NCBI GenBank assembly: GCA_043228905.1
Contig: JBHGNT010000008.1
Span: forward strand, 5,890,001-5,954,000
Source: Azolla caroliniana
Lineage: Eukaryota > Plantae > Polypodiophyta
Direction of reading: 5' to 3'
Length of the DNA: 64,000 bases
Shown here one piece after another: positions 49,957 to 63,351 of the stretch (positions are counted from its first letter, which is position 1; the number at the start of each line of letters is the position of its first letter). Both the position numbers and the translations under genes were made by a program. Below the pieces are notes generated by a model. The model was not told where the DNA came from, did not search any database, and saw only the letters and a program-made list of their open reading frames with translations.

Positions 49957-52900
49957 AGTATATGTTACTGAGATGGGTAGTAAATGATTAAATCAACATG
50001 ATGTTCAAATGAATTTTGTGAGGATGGTTGAACTCCCTTTGAGAAATAGAGTCTTTGAACTCGCAACAAGTTCTAGTGATTGGGTTGCATTTGTCCAAGC
50101 TTTATTAAATGAATACATGCTTGGTGATAAAATCCGAACATCAAGGAGGAGTTTCTTGAATTGGGTGGACAAAGAGGACAAGAAGATTTTGGTGATGGAG
50201 TTGTTGAAAGAGTTTGAAGCTCATTATAATCAATTAACGACGACCGAAAGGACTCTTTTGGAACAAGAGAAGGTTATATTATTCTTGAAGGCATCAGATT
50301 GATCCTATTGAGAAAAAATAGTTGCATTCGTTGAAGACTGGACTACACCCACTGGACTAATGTCTGATTGGAATCGAGTACATGAAGGTTGCAACAGAAT
50401 CGGCAAAAGAGCGCAATGGTGTGAGGATCTTTCAATTGTCGGAGGTATGAAAGATGAAGTGGAGACAACCATCAAGGAGGATACTGGGAGTCCGTCAACT
50501 ATATCCAAGGTACCCGAAATAGTGATGGACGATCTTATCAAAGGTATAAAAGATCTTTCATTACATGTTGCAAAGCTACAAGAAGAAAACTCCTCACAAC
50601 CCCAAAAAGATTATGAAAGAAGATGCATATGGTGTGATAGCGTCGACCATTCAAGAGGGTGTGATAACTATCAAGAATCGATAGAAAGAGGGGTGATATT
50701 CTTCAAAGATGGTAAGATTCATTCTTCTGAAACTCGTTTACCTCTCCGAACTAACTTTAGAAGAGGTGGTATGAGAAGGATCATCCAAGACGCGGGAATA
50801 ACTAGGACACTAGTTGTCTATCAACCAACAACTATAGTCATCCATGTTGGTGAAGGAGGATCTCAATCTGAATTTTGGCCGTGTATTTTGAAAGCTGCAA
50901 GAAAGGGTAAAATCAAGTTTGAAAAGTTGAAGTCTGGAGGTGATGTTGTCCGAAGCAAAACTGGTTGGGAAGACCTAGTGGGTGGCCTCTCAGCTTTCGC
51001 GAAGGTTGCAACAACCCAAGCCCATGAAGTGATCATCGAAGAGAAACGGAAATGGGCGGAAAATGAAGATAACAAGAAGAGGGAGCTAAGAAGTGCTAAA
51101 AAGAGGGAGACAGAAAGTCCAAAAATGGTAAGCCCTGACATTGAAAAAGGTAAGGATAAGAAGAGTCCCTCGTTCAAATTATTATCTGATATTAAAGCTT
51201 CAATTGATTTAAAAAAAGTATTGGAAGAAAGAATTTTAGGTAGCAAAGTGGAACTTTCCTTGAGGGAACTTTTGGGGATAGCTTGAAAAGAATTTCATGA
51301 TGCAATAATAGATGGAATTAAAAGAGAACGACAAAGTATTGAAGCTGCCGAAAACCCAAGAAGTGAAGTAAAGAAAGCAACGATGGAAGTCCTCAAAGGT
51401 GAACCAAGCTCTTCTATTGTTGGTACACAAGTTATTGCGACGACAACTTTTAAAGAGAAGCCGAAAGAGCTAAAAAGCTACTATGCTAAGAAACATTGGG
51501 CAAGAGCAACAACAAAGACACCCGTGAAGATTGAAAACCTTGAAGATCTGGTTGTGGCCTTAATTGACCACGGCTCAGAAATTAATCATAGGAAAGACGA
51601 ATGGCCAATGGAAACGAATCATGGGTGGAGGGTAAAATCGGCTAATTCAACGCCCGAGCAACTTCATGGAGCTTGCCCAAACATCAAAGTCACCATTGGA
51701 GATGTGCCAATGGAGCAACATTTCTTTATCCAAAAGAGCTCATCATACCTAGTGATTCTTCGTCAACCATATATCACATCTTCTAGGATGGAGACGAAGG
51801 TGCTTGAAGTTGGTTCGGCATATGCGAGAATTCGGAGTACTGATGGTAAAAGGAGTGTTCAATTTCTTACTGTTAGGCAGGAGCATGATAGAAATAAAGA
51901 AGAATTACAAATTAACTCATATGAGCATGATATGTTATCTTATGAGTCGGATTTTTAAATAGGATCATTGATGGGCAGGGACACAATGGTCCCAAAGATT
52001 TTCTTTCCTTGCAAAAATGTTTTCCAATTAATAAAACAATCAATACTTTGTCTAATACAATGGATGGATTTACCTGTTAATTTGGTGTGGAAAATCAGGG
52101 ATGATTGAAAGGGATGACATAATTTCTGGTATGTTTCTTGAATATTCAAATGTGGATACAATCAAAATATTAGAAAATTGCTTGAATGAGAAAGAATGCG
52201 ACAAGAGATTTGTTCATGTAAATTCTATTGATATATACCTTCACATTACTGATTTTATTGAAAAAAATGGTTGTATAGCTAGTAGTGAAATAGTTGGCAA
52301 TAGCTATCATGAAATGGCTACAAAAGCCCGTGGCCATAACTATCATGCAATAAAAGTTAACACTAAATATAAAACAATAGACAAAAAGGTCAAGCCCGTG
52401 GCCATGCATCTACCTATGGATAGTACTGAAATGAAAAGGAATGTCATGTTTGAGCCAACATTGCGGGATTCTAAGGATATTGATCATAAGTTTACAAATG
52501 CTACTCTAGATCAACTAACAATTGGTGAGAATGATTTTCTTTTGCCTGTTGAGATACAATGTTTTCGAGATATGATTGCTAGTCATGGGAAAGCTTTTGC
52601 ATTTGAGCCAAGTGAAATTGGTTTTGTAGATCCAACAGTTGTGGAACCAATGATTATATTTATAGTTCCGCATATTCCTTGGAATTTAAGGCCTATCCTC
52701 GGGCCCAAATACCGCAAGTAATAGCTTTGCTTAAGGAAAAAATAGAAATGGGTATCGTGGAGCCATCAGATGCCCCCTACTCGAATAAGTGGTTTACTGT
52801 ACCTAAAAAGAACGGTTCATTAAGTTTCATTCAAGATTTACAGCCTGTCAATAGAGTTACTATTCGAAATGTCGGTGTTCGACCGATTGTAGATGGCTTT

Positions 52901-55464
52901 GCAGAAGCTTTCGCAGGAAGAGCTATATATTCTATGTGTGATTTGTATTCAGGATATGATCAATTTCAGCTTGCTATTGATAGTCATGATATAACTACTA
53001 TAAGAACACCAATTGGATTGATGTGAATGTGTACATTGCCTCAAGGTGCTACAAATTCCGTAGCACATATGGTGAATGCTATGAATAAAATTTTAAGAGA
53101 TTTTGTGCCAAAAATAACTATCTTTCCTAGATGATGTTCCAATTAAAGGATGCTCGATGAATAAGAAGGATGAAAAAGTCATGCCGAACAGATGTAGAAA
53201 GTTTGTTGCTGACCACATTGATGCTTTTGAAAGAATCCTTTCAAGGTTAGAAGAGGTTCATCTTACATTTTCAGGTCAAAAATCTATGTTTGGGGTTCCC
53301 GAAGTTCTGATTGTAGGGCACATGTGTGGACCCTATGGAAGAAAGCCATCCCCAATTAAGGTAAATGCAATTCAAAATTTAAAGGATGATTGTAAATCTC
53401 TAACAGAAGTGCGTAGGTTTTTGGGTGCTTCTGTGTTTTACCGAATTTGGATTCCACATTTCGCACATGTGGCTGATCCGCTTTATGGGTTGCTTAAGAA
53501 GAATTCAAGTTTCCTTTGGACTAATGTACATACAAATTCAATTTGCCAACTAAAGGAAATGTTGTTGAATGCCCCTGTTTTACGGAAGGCTGTTACGGTA
53601 TGGTAGTGAACACCCCATCATTGTTAATGTGGATACAAGTTCAATCGGGATTGGTTGGGCTGTTACCCAAGAAGAGAAGGATGGGTTGAGATATGCCGTT
53701 CGATTTGGTGCAAAAATCTTAACAGAACGCCAAAGGGCTTACCCACAGATTAAAAGAGAGTTATGGGATATGTTAACAACTATTACAACAGATCGTGAAT
53801 ACTTCATTGGTGCTAAAGTTGTGGTTGAAACAGATTGTCGTCCATTGCTAGGAATGATTTCAAGTTGTGAAACATCTGATATAGCTATGCTTAGATGGAT
53901 AGCTTACATAAAATCACTATGTCTTGAAATCAATCACATTGTAGGAATGGATAACCCAGTTGCCGATATGCTCTCAAGAGTGAGGTTTAAAGGTAAAAAT
54001 ACTATGGTAATGACTGATGAAGAAAATGAGAGTTTTGATTTCTTTTCCATAAATTGTAACTTGAAGGGGTCATGTGATTTGGGTGTTCATGTTATTCTTC
54101 GTGAATCTGAGTACGAGGGGGAGATGTTACAAATTGGAAAATACTTGAGTACCCATGAGAAAGATGGAACATGGTCAAGGGAGCTATTTCATAAAATAAG
54201 AAAGAAAGCTTATAAATTTTTTCTTCATGAGGGATATCTTTGGAGACATCCAAAAGTTGTGAAAGGGATTCTGCAAAGAGTGGTTGGAAGAAGGGAAGAG
54301 CAACAGAAGCTAATATTTGAATTTCATGATACTTTATGGGCAGGTCATCATGGAGTTTGGGCCACCTATTCGAAATTAAAAGAGAAGTTTTGGTGGTCTG
54401 GAATGTACAATGATGTTGCAGATTATGTACAATCATGTGAGAACTACCAAATGTATTCGAATATTTGGCATCGTGATGGTTTGCAACCTACTTATTCTTT
54501 ATCTCTACATTATAAATGGGTTGTGGATATTGTAATGATGCCTATAGGGGTTTGGCAAATGAGATATCTTGTATTGGCAAGAGAAGATTTGACAAATAAA
54601 GTGGAAGGCCGAGCCCTACGCAAAAAAACCACTTCAGTTGTTTGTAAGTTCCTTCTTGAAGATGTGATATGTAGGTACGGGTGCATTAGGAAGATTGTTG
54701 CTGACAGAGGAGAACTAGATTCTAACAAAGCTAAACAAATTTTTTCAAGAATGGGAATTCGACTGTCCTTAACTACGGCATATAACCCTGAAGCTAATGG
54801 GAAGGCTGAGTGTGGACATAGCCCTATAGTAAAAGATTTGGTGAAAGCTTGTGATGGCAAGATAGCTAACTGGGGCTATGGGCTAACCACACTACTCAGA
54901 ATTTATACTTGGTCTATAACTGGCTTTATGCCATCAGAATTGATACTTGGTCAAAAGCCAATTATGCTAGTAGAACAATCGGTATTTTCCTGGGTTGCCT
55001 TGCCATGGGCAAATGAAATGAGTCGAGAAGATTTGCTTGCTCTTAAAATAAGACAACTAGAAAGAAGGGATGAAGATGTTCAAATAGCTATGGAAGGGAT
55101 GAAATGATGTTGACTACGGAACAAAGAAAGATTTGATAAAACTCATCGCCTTCGACCAAGAAGGCTCCAAGAAGGTGATTGGGTCATAGTTTATGATAGC
55201 AACTTGGATAACCAACATAGTGCTTCTCGCAAATTTGCCAAAAGATGGTTCGGGCCATATATCATTAGACAAGTGAATAAAAATGCAACATATTTCCTAA
55301 CTGAAATGGATGGAGTTGCTTTAAAGTTACCAATTGCAGGAAAGCGAATTAAGCTATTCAAGAGAAGGGAAGATACAAGCACTAACTTCCTCAAAGAAGA
55401 TGACATCCATGAAGCTGAAGAAGGAGACATTCGTTGGCACATGCCAGAGGATGCACAAGTCTAA
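49957..55464 (+). pseudogene. pol: Element G remainder of gag and pol (protease, RT, RNase H, integrase; no chromodomain)
   Basis: CIWCDSVDHSRGC, LIDHGSEIN, DLYSGYDQ, LPQGATNSVAHM, FLDD, TAYNPEANG, RWFGPY. Confidence 0.9.
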
Positions 55465-56759
55465 AGGGGGGAGGATGTCGTGACGTTTCCATGCCACGAT
55501 GAGAAAATAACCTCTACCAATTTGTATGAGCTTATTCAAATCTTTGTAAAAGGTTATATAGAGTGCGATGCCTCGATGAGTAGGAGTGTGTGGGGGTTTA
55601 GGTGTTGTGAAGAATTTGCTTCATGATAGAAAAATAAACTAAAATATTGTATTGAATAACATTTGAGACACTTGGACCCACAACCTCACATACCAAACAC
55701 AAGGCACATACTATTAGGCTAGGTCATTTGTTCTTTTAAAGCTATCTTTTAATGTTTGTACTTATGCCATGTATATTTTCATACATGAAAGCTCAAATGC
55801 GTGGGATGTCTATCATGCATCACATGTAATGCATGAACGCCAAATGGCAATCATGCATCACATGCATTTCATGCACTACATGCATGTCTTGTGCCCTCAC
55901 ATGCATCATATGCATGGGGGCACCTATTTAAAGAGGAAAAGGGAAAAGAGTGAGATAATAGGAGAAGAGACGAGGAATATTATTCTAATAAGAGGGACAA
56001 GCTATATTATTGTACAAGAAATATTTTGTAATCATCTTCAAATATCAATACAAGTTGTTTCCGTTTCTCCTCTTTCTTTGACAAGAAGCCTGGTGCTTAC
56101 TTCCTGGATTCACGATTTTCTTTTCGTTTGCTCTCGTATGCCGAGATCGACACGACAACGTGGATAAGTATGAGGGTTAAATGAGAGTGTAAAGAAGGGG
56201 AGGATTACTTTTAGTCCTCAGGATTGAGACAACCCGTTAGGCCAAGTGTGAACTTGCGTGGAGGCCTTGGGTATCGCACTAAAAATGAGGCCTAGCTACC
56301 CTCATTTCATCATATCTTGACTACGTCGAGACTCTGTTCCGTGGTGGGTCAACTCTTGTAGCGAGTGCGCCAGCACCAGGTACGACTCGACGCCATGACG
56401 GTGGTATGGGAAGCCGATCGAGGCTCGAGTCTATCTCGATCCCTTCGCTCGGGGGTGGCCGGGTGGATCGACACCCTTCTTTCTCTCTCTCCTTTCTATC
56501 TATCTTTTATTCTTATCATATGCTTACTTTAGATCATAATTCTAATAAATGAGGTCTTTGCATGCAATAAAAAATTGCCTTTTCTTTTAGCATGCAATCA
56601 ACCTTATCCTTCCTTGCTTGATTTGACCAAAATATTCCCTAACATATTTGTATTTACCCCTCATTTAATTGTTATCACTTATGCATTGTCCTTCAATCTA
56701 TCGCCTCTAGTAAGGTTAGAACCTTACGATTGAAATGCTAAGGTCTTACCATTTGAGCT

Positions 56760-57420
56760 GGCGAAATTGTCAATGTTGGCCTAAGGAATGTATAACACTC
56801 GATGAGCTGGCTTGATGGACGATTTGATGCATCTAGCCAAAAATGTCTCATTGAACATGGGCAAGGAGAAAACGTCTTTCAAGCTATGGAGAAGCTACAA
56901 TTGATCTACGAGAAGAAGTTGAGTTTGTAAAAAGCGTCCTCATTAGATAGTGGTTCAATATGAAGATGAAGGAATCCGAACCAATAACATCACACTCAAC
57001 AACTTCAATCGAGTGTTGATGGAGCTCTCCTCACAATGCGTGAACTTTGAAGAAGAAATGAATGCACTTGCTTTCTTGTCGAGCTTTCCACCGAGTTCGG
57101 AGGTCTTCTATATGAACATTGACCATGATGAACAACATAAACAACCTAACGCTTGATGAGATTGTCAAACACATCCTATTGGAAGATTTTTGAAGGAAGT
57201 CAATGGGACTTATCGTTGATGAAAATGTTGAGGCACACTTCTATCGAGAATCAACATTAAGAATCAATCAAGATTGAGGCAAATCGAAAGGACGAAGAGA
57301 CCAACAACGATCGATGTCACGAGGTGTGAATCCAAATGCGTTTTGCATATATTCCAAAAATGTCAAGCTCCCAACTTTTAGATTGTTGGTCATGAGCCAA
57401 GAAAAACAAAGGGAAGAAGG
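56760..57420 (+). pseudogene. Highly degenerate copia gag fragment
   Basis: NNFNRVLMELSSQCVNFEEEMNALAFLSSFPPS resembles the gag core of I/J. Confidence 0.5.
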
Positions 57421-58975
57421 ATAGTAAAAAAGTAAACTCTTTTGAACTAGTGTCGTGTAAAAGTGTGTGTGCCCGTCAAAACATTATGTGTGTGTGTTCT
57501 CTCTGTTAGTTGTTACTTTCTCATCTGTCCATTTTTCTTTGCACCCACAAACAATAGCTTGGTCGCTTCTCCCTCTCCCTCCAACAATGGTAACAGACTA
57601 ATGATCTTGGTGAAAGACCAAAAGGAGCTGACTAAAATGTTTGTTCATCAAAGTGGTGGGAATTGTTTGCTTTTGCCTCTCTTTATGTATGTTGTTGCAA
57701 GAATTCGCCAAGAGAGGCAATCTCCACTACATTCTTGTCGTTGCAAAAACTTGTTTTTCTCTTTTTTGAGCCACACTTTCAAGATGTATTTTCCCTCTCT
57801 TAATACACAAATCGTAAATACATATCTACTTGTTTTTGGTTTTCAAAAGAGAGGAGTATTTGCCCATCTAGTTGCATTAGGCTATGACATAGAAACTGCA
57901 TGCTAAATGCTTGCTCACTAGATGTGAGATTGTGAAATGGAAGTTCCATGTTAGTCAAATTCAATTGAATGTTGACTAACATATGAGTGAGGGGTTGTTT
58001 TTAGGGGAACATACATCGTTCTCTTTTTTGTCCTACGGTAGTTACGTTGTTGCTAAGTTACGCGTGTATGTGTCGCGAAGGTCACTAGACTTCAAAGGCT
58101 TGTTAGAGTTAGATGCTCTTCAGATCCGAAAAATCGTCAGAATCAAAATCTCTTGCGATCCTCATGATGAAGACTTCGTATAACATGACAAGTTTCCCAA
58201 TGAGACGATTTGGTGACTTTTTTTATGTTGTTTCCACCCAAATCCACGTAACTCTCTTCCAAGCTCGAAATTCCAAGTCACAAAATTCTGATGCGATCCA
58301 TATAGCAAAGGCTTCATACGAGATATCCAAACAAGGATTTGTACAAAATGATGAAATAAATATTATATTGAGATTTCGTGTGCAATAGCAAGTTTAAGAG
58401 GGTGAAACTACAATGAGAAAATTCTCAGCTCCGTTACATGGAGTGACCAAGAGATAAAAGAAGAATAGCAAGAAGAGGGAAGATAAGTTCATGAATAGAG
58501 CTTCAAGGGAATATCCTTGTGTTTTAATACGAAGTCTCAATGAATGACGAACATGTCGTCTTTTGTCTTCGTTGATCTCACACGCCCTCTTGATTCACAA
58601 ACCTAGCTCTTTATGTTAGGAATTTGTCCCTCCTATGGGAAAAGTTGATAGTCGAAGTCAAGGGAAGAAGTCGGCAGTCGAATCGACAAGCCGAATACAA
58701 GATGGTCGGTCAGATCGATCAACGAGTCGACAGGGTGGTCGACTGGTTTGAAGGAGATGGAGAGTTGACTACATTGGATGGATGCGACAAGTCGGGCCAA
58801 CTGGATGGTCGAAGACAAGGCCGACAAGTCGGGCCGATTAATTATTATATACACCCTTTCCTATCTGTCCATTCACACTCGTACTCGTATACATTTCACA
58901 TACACAACAACAAGATTATAGTCTTTCACCCTCACTCATAACACTCAACTCTCCGTACATCTCGTATGGTAACAC

Positions 58976-59743
58976 ATTATGGCACACGCTTTCGTGAAGA
59001 TTTTCGGCAACGGTATGAAAATTGTGTGCAACGAACGAAATCGAGAAGGTGCAATGTGCACATGTGAAAGGGGTGAAGGCCACACACATATGCTAGCATG
59101 TTGTAAATAGGATTGAAATGAGAATCGTAAAAGAAAAGCTAGATCTAAAGTTAAACATGTGCACATGTGATGTGCGCTCAATTGTAACTATAAAAATAAG
59201 ACTAAAGCCTAGTAACATCTAAGTGCATACATTAGGGGTGGAAGCAAGGCTTGAACCTTGCACCTCCAAGATAGGAGACAAATTAACTTACCACTAAAGC
59301 CACTACTAAGTGCTTTAAAATTTGTATATTTTCTTTTTCATATTCAATATTTTGTAGGAGCAAACATATAGAAACCGTGGGCACAAAACCATGGTTTTAG
59401 CCCGTGGTTTTAGCCCATGGTTTAAATCCGTGGGTTTAACCCATGGTTTTTGCATGGAGAGACCTATAAAAGCCTATAGTTGGGCTTGTGTAAGGGAGGC
59501 AAGTGATGTAAGTAAAAAAAAGAAACTTTTAATCAAAGATTGGAGTTATCTTAATGGTGATGTATCTTGTCTCTTAAAACTAAAGTCAAGGGTTCAATCT
59601 CTATCTCAATCTCTCTCTCTTCATCCATCTATCTATCTTCAATACTTTCTCGCTTACGTTGCTTAAAACATCGAATCCTTCTGGTCCAGGACCCCAGTGG
59701 TCCCGCTTCATTTCGTGAACATGCGAGGATTTCCTCGACAACA
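58976..59743 (+). mobile_element. Solo or partial LTR related to F; tRNA-like module at 59240-59310 (minus)
   Basis: Shares TTGAACCTTGCACCTC..., CCATGG arrays, CCTATAAAA and GGTCCA..ACCCC.GTGGTCCCGCT with the F LTR; left boundary uncertain. Confidence 0.65.
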
Positions 59744-60492
59744 CCTGTGGGCAGTGCATTGCATGTCGATCCCACATGCCTTGATCATTATCTTTATTCG
59801 ACCGGAACTTCATCAGTCTTCTCTACGATCGGAACAATTGACCCACACATCTCTTTCGATCAGCAAATCTTCATCAACACGAACATTCCCATTCTGTCGG
59901 CACACGAACTTCATCATGGGTCCAAAATCATGTTGTGGGTATGTGTGTTCTTCCGTTATTTTGTGAGTTGTTGTGAGTCGATCTCGTCCATTTCCTCCAC
60001 ATTGATAACTTTTTTAAAATTTTAGGTATTGTACCCTCAAGTTTTTAAAATTTTGTCTGGTACCTCCCCAAGTTTTGAAATTCCTTCGATGCCCTCGTAT
60101 TTATGAAATTTTCTCAAATGCCTTATGAAATGTGCTTAAATGCCCTCATGTTTCTGAAATTCTTGAAATGCCCTTCTCGTTTTCGTCTTTGTCTTTTTCA
60201 TCACCTCTCGATCTCTTTTCACATCATAATCCTTGTCACCGTCTTGATCTCAATCTTTTTCTCTCGTTTTTTCCTTCTCTTTTCCCTCTCTCTTTTTCTT
60301 TTGTCCTTCTTGTCCTCTTGTTCGATTATTTTCTACTTCATTTTCTATCTCTCTTTTTCTATTCACCTTCTAGGGTTTATTTCTTCTTTCGTCTTATGCG
60401 TCTCCTTCTTCTCCTCCTCCTCGACCTGTCTTAGTTCTTATTTTTTGTGTCTTTATTTTATTCTTCATCTTCCGTTAATCCTCATTGGGCGT

Positions 60493-61217
60493 TAGAAATG
60501 GGCCCGGTTCGGTTTCTTGGCCTTGAAACCAAACCAAACCATTTATTCATAATAAAAACCGAACTAAACTGTTTAAAATTTATGAAGCCATTTATGAACC
60601 GTTTAGAGCTGAACCTTTAAACCAAACCATTTACAAAATAAGAGAAACCAAACTGTTTATGGAAAATTTAGAACCAAACCAAACCGGTTTATCATCAATC
60701 AAAACCAAACCAAACCAAACCATTTTTTATTGATATTGATCATCATACTTATTATAAATTTGTGTGAGAAAATCATCATAAATTTGTTCATCATACTTAT
60801 CATAAATTTTGTATCATACTTATTATAAATTTGGACATCATTCTTATCATAAATTTGGTCAATATACTTAATATATTTGATCATCATAAATGAAAAAGGA
60901 GACTCTACATATAATGCATATAAAATTTAATAAGTTAAAACTAGGATTTAAAATTAAAAGTTCAAAGTTAGAGCCTATAGGAAAATTTTAGGAGTATTTT
61001 TTAACCTATAAACCTTTAAACTGAACCACATAAACCGAAACCGATAAGCCAAAACACCACTAAACCATAAAATCTGAAACCGAACCGAACTCGAATCCGA
61101 ACCGCTTAGTACCATTTGAAACCAAACCAAACTGTTTATTTATCTTTGAACCTATAAACCGTTAAGTCACGGTTTTACGGTTTGGTTCAGTTTGAGTTGA
61201 AACCGGGCCCATTGCTA
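60493..61217. mobile_element. Non-autonomous TIR element (hAT-like MITE)
   Basis: 17-bp TIRs TAGAAATGGGCCCGGTT / AACCGGGCCCATTGCTA; subterminal AAACC/AAACCG repeats; degenerate 8-bp flanks TTGGGCGT/CCGGGCTT. Confidence 0.7.
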
Positions 61218-61352
61218 CCGGGCTTGCCAAAATAGTGTTATTAGTTTAGGGTTGATAGATTGATAAGCATTGCGGGGTAATAGCATCCCATCAAGGTAAT
61301 ATCATTCTGGGGTGGGGGGTGGTGCCTAGAATGGCTCCACAGGGGATCCAAC

Positions 61353-61393
<41 letters not shown>

Positions 61394-61644
61394 GTCAAAG
61401 AGAGAGAGAACTTATTCCTTCTCCACCCCCTCCCAAGGGTGTTCAACATGAGAGAGAGAGAGAGAGAGAGAGAGGTGTCAAAGAGAGAGGGATTGAGAGA
61501 GAACTTATTCCTTTTTCATTCATTACCTATAAGGGGGTTAAATCGTTACAATGAGGTTAGATACATAGAGGTGGAAGCCCCCTTAGCCATTCACACTAAT
61601 CACTCACTCACATCTCTTCTTATCTGTCCACATGCACACACATG

Positions 61645-62226
61645 TGTTGGGAAAACCAGTTCCTCGGATGGGAAGAGCATGAGCTGGATTAGTTGACCTT
61701 GACTCGATCGAGGCCGAAAATCGAGTAACCAAATAATCGACTAATCGAACAATTGATTTGGCTAATAACCAAATCGGCCGAATCCAACTGGGCAATAATT
61801 GTAAATAGTCACAATGTGCCCTTCGTGGGCTATATTTGTAAATGGCTCATATTTTGTATATGAGTATAAATATAGTTAAGGCAAGTAGTTAGCAAATGAG
61901 ATGAATCATTATTGTGAAAAGTTGTAGTTGGTTGTTGCTACTATAACTAAGTGAGAGAGAGAGAGAGAGAGAGAGGGAGTAAGAGTTGTAACTCTGTCGT
62001 CGTCTATTAGACGAAGACGAGCTCGAGGTTGTTGCCTCTAAGTCTCCTTGTATTCCTCTCCATATATGGGCTCGTGTGGTTTTTCCCGATTCTAGTTTTC
62101 CACGTAAGCATCTGGTCTTTGTTTTTTTGTACTTTTGTTCTGTGGTTGTCTGGGCACTATCATTCACGATCTTTGCACCTCCATACAAATACGTGATAAT
62201 CGGTTTTGGCCGGTCGATTCTCAACA
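61645..62226 (+). mobile_element. Isolated copia LTR related to the I/J LTRs
   Basis: TGTTGG...TCAACA ends, (GA)n, GTGGTTTTTCCC...TTTTCCACGTA as in I/J; no TSD found. Confidence 0.7.
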
Positions 62227-62360
62227 AGTGTGCATGTGTTCACATACGTATCTACTCACACTCACAATTACACTTGTGCACATTTACACATATACATCAA
62301 CACTTTACTCTTTCACCCTCACTTGTCATTCTAAAATCTCCGTACATCTCATACGATAAC

Positions 62361-62790
62361 AATATCCGATTCGACTCTCTGCCCTCTAGAGAACATAGCG
62401 GTCCCAACGTCATTTGTTTCGAGGATAAACATCCTCCCTTCTCAGCGCCCTTGCACAATAATCCGGCCTTCTTTCTCTATGAAACACCCGAGGTGAGTAA
62501 ATCGAACTTGCATGCCCTAGTCGACAATTTGCTCGACCGACACCAAGTTCTTGGTGATTGTCGACACATGCAAGGCATTTCTCATGATTTCCCTCTGACC
62601 GACATGGCTTAGAGGGACATCTCTGATATGTTCGATGGGGTGAAGGGTATCATCGTCGGTTTTGACGACCCTTAGTTGTTCTGACTTCTCTAGTGTCAAG
62701 AACCACTCCTTGTGATTCGTCATATGGTTTGATGCTCCGGAATCCACGCACCACACCTCATTCGACTTCGAGGTGCTCACCGCCATTGAG
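62361..62790 (-). pseudogene. Copia protease/GAG-pre-integrase fragment related to H
   Basis: VWCVDSGASNHMT...; similar in DNA to about 37985-38335. Confidence 0.7.
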
Positions 62791-63023
62791 TTCGATCTTT
62801 AACACTTATCTGCGTCCCCTCGGCTCGATCTGGCTCAATCCGAATCGGCTCGCTTCTTCCAGCACACACTCTCTCTGTGTCCCTTTCGGCCATAGTACCG
62901 GCAGTCCGTTGCGGTCTTACTTTGCCAGCTTCTGGCGCCGCCTTGACTCCCCCTACTCGTGGAGGGTCCGGAGCTATGTGGGCATTTCGATTATTCGTCG
63001 TGTTCTGCTCCTGTATAATATCC

Positions 63024-63351
63024 CATGACCATATAATATCCCATGGTGAGAATTTACCGTAGTATTCTATACACGTGGATAAAGTGTGAGGGTTAAACGA
63101 GAGTGTAAAGAAGAGGAGGATTACTTTTAAGCCTCGGGATTGACACAACCCATTAGGCCAAGTGTGAACTTGCCTGGGGGCCTTAGGTCTGGCTATAAAT
63201 ATGAGGCTTACCTACCCTGATTTGACACATTATCGACTACATCGAGACTCTGGTGGTGTGGTGGGTCAACTCTTGTAGCAAGCGTGCCAGCCCCAGGTAC
63301 GACTCGACGCCATGGTGGTGGTATGGGACGTCGATCGAGGCTCCAGTCCGT
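63024..63351 (+). repeat. Partial A-family LTR interrupted by another LTR
   Basis: Matches about 3962-4285. Confidence 0.85.

Larger units (their letters stand above)
33131..56157 (+). mobile_element. Element G: tRNA-Trp-primed non-chromovirus gypsy (Phygy/Ylt1-like, tentative), inserted in A's 3' LTR
   Basis: LTRs 33131-33814 and 55476-56157; PBS TGGTGAACCCGATGTGA; PPT AAAGGGGGGAGGA; 4-bp TSD ACGT. Confidence 0.92.
3953..56547 (+). mobile_element. Element A: decayed Ty3/gypsy chromovirus, outer host of the nest
   Basis: 5' LTR 3953-4400; PBS TGGTATCAAAGC (iMet type) 4403-4414; PPT ending 33068; 3' LTR split into 33069-33130 and 56162-56547; TSD AATGA at 3948-3952 and 56548-56552. Confidence 0.93.

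Noticed and set aside
57463-58975. Short ORFs and possible LTR fragments
   Set aside because: No recognisable domains and no boundaries or TSDs I could verify.
61354-61490. (GA)n tracts and their RERE ORF
   Set aside because: Microsatellite-derived; no evidence of coding.
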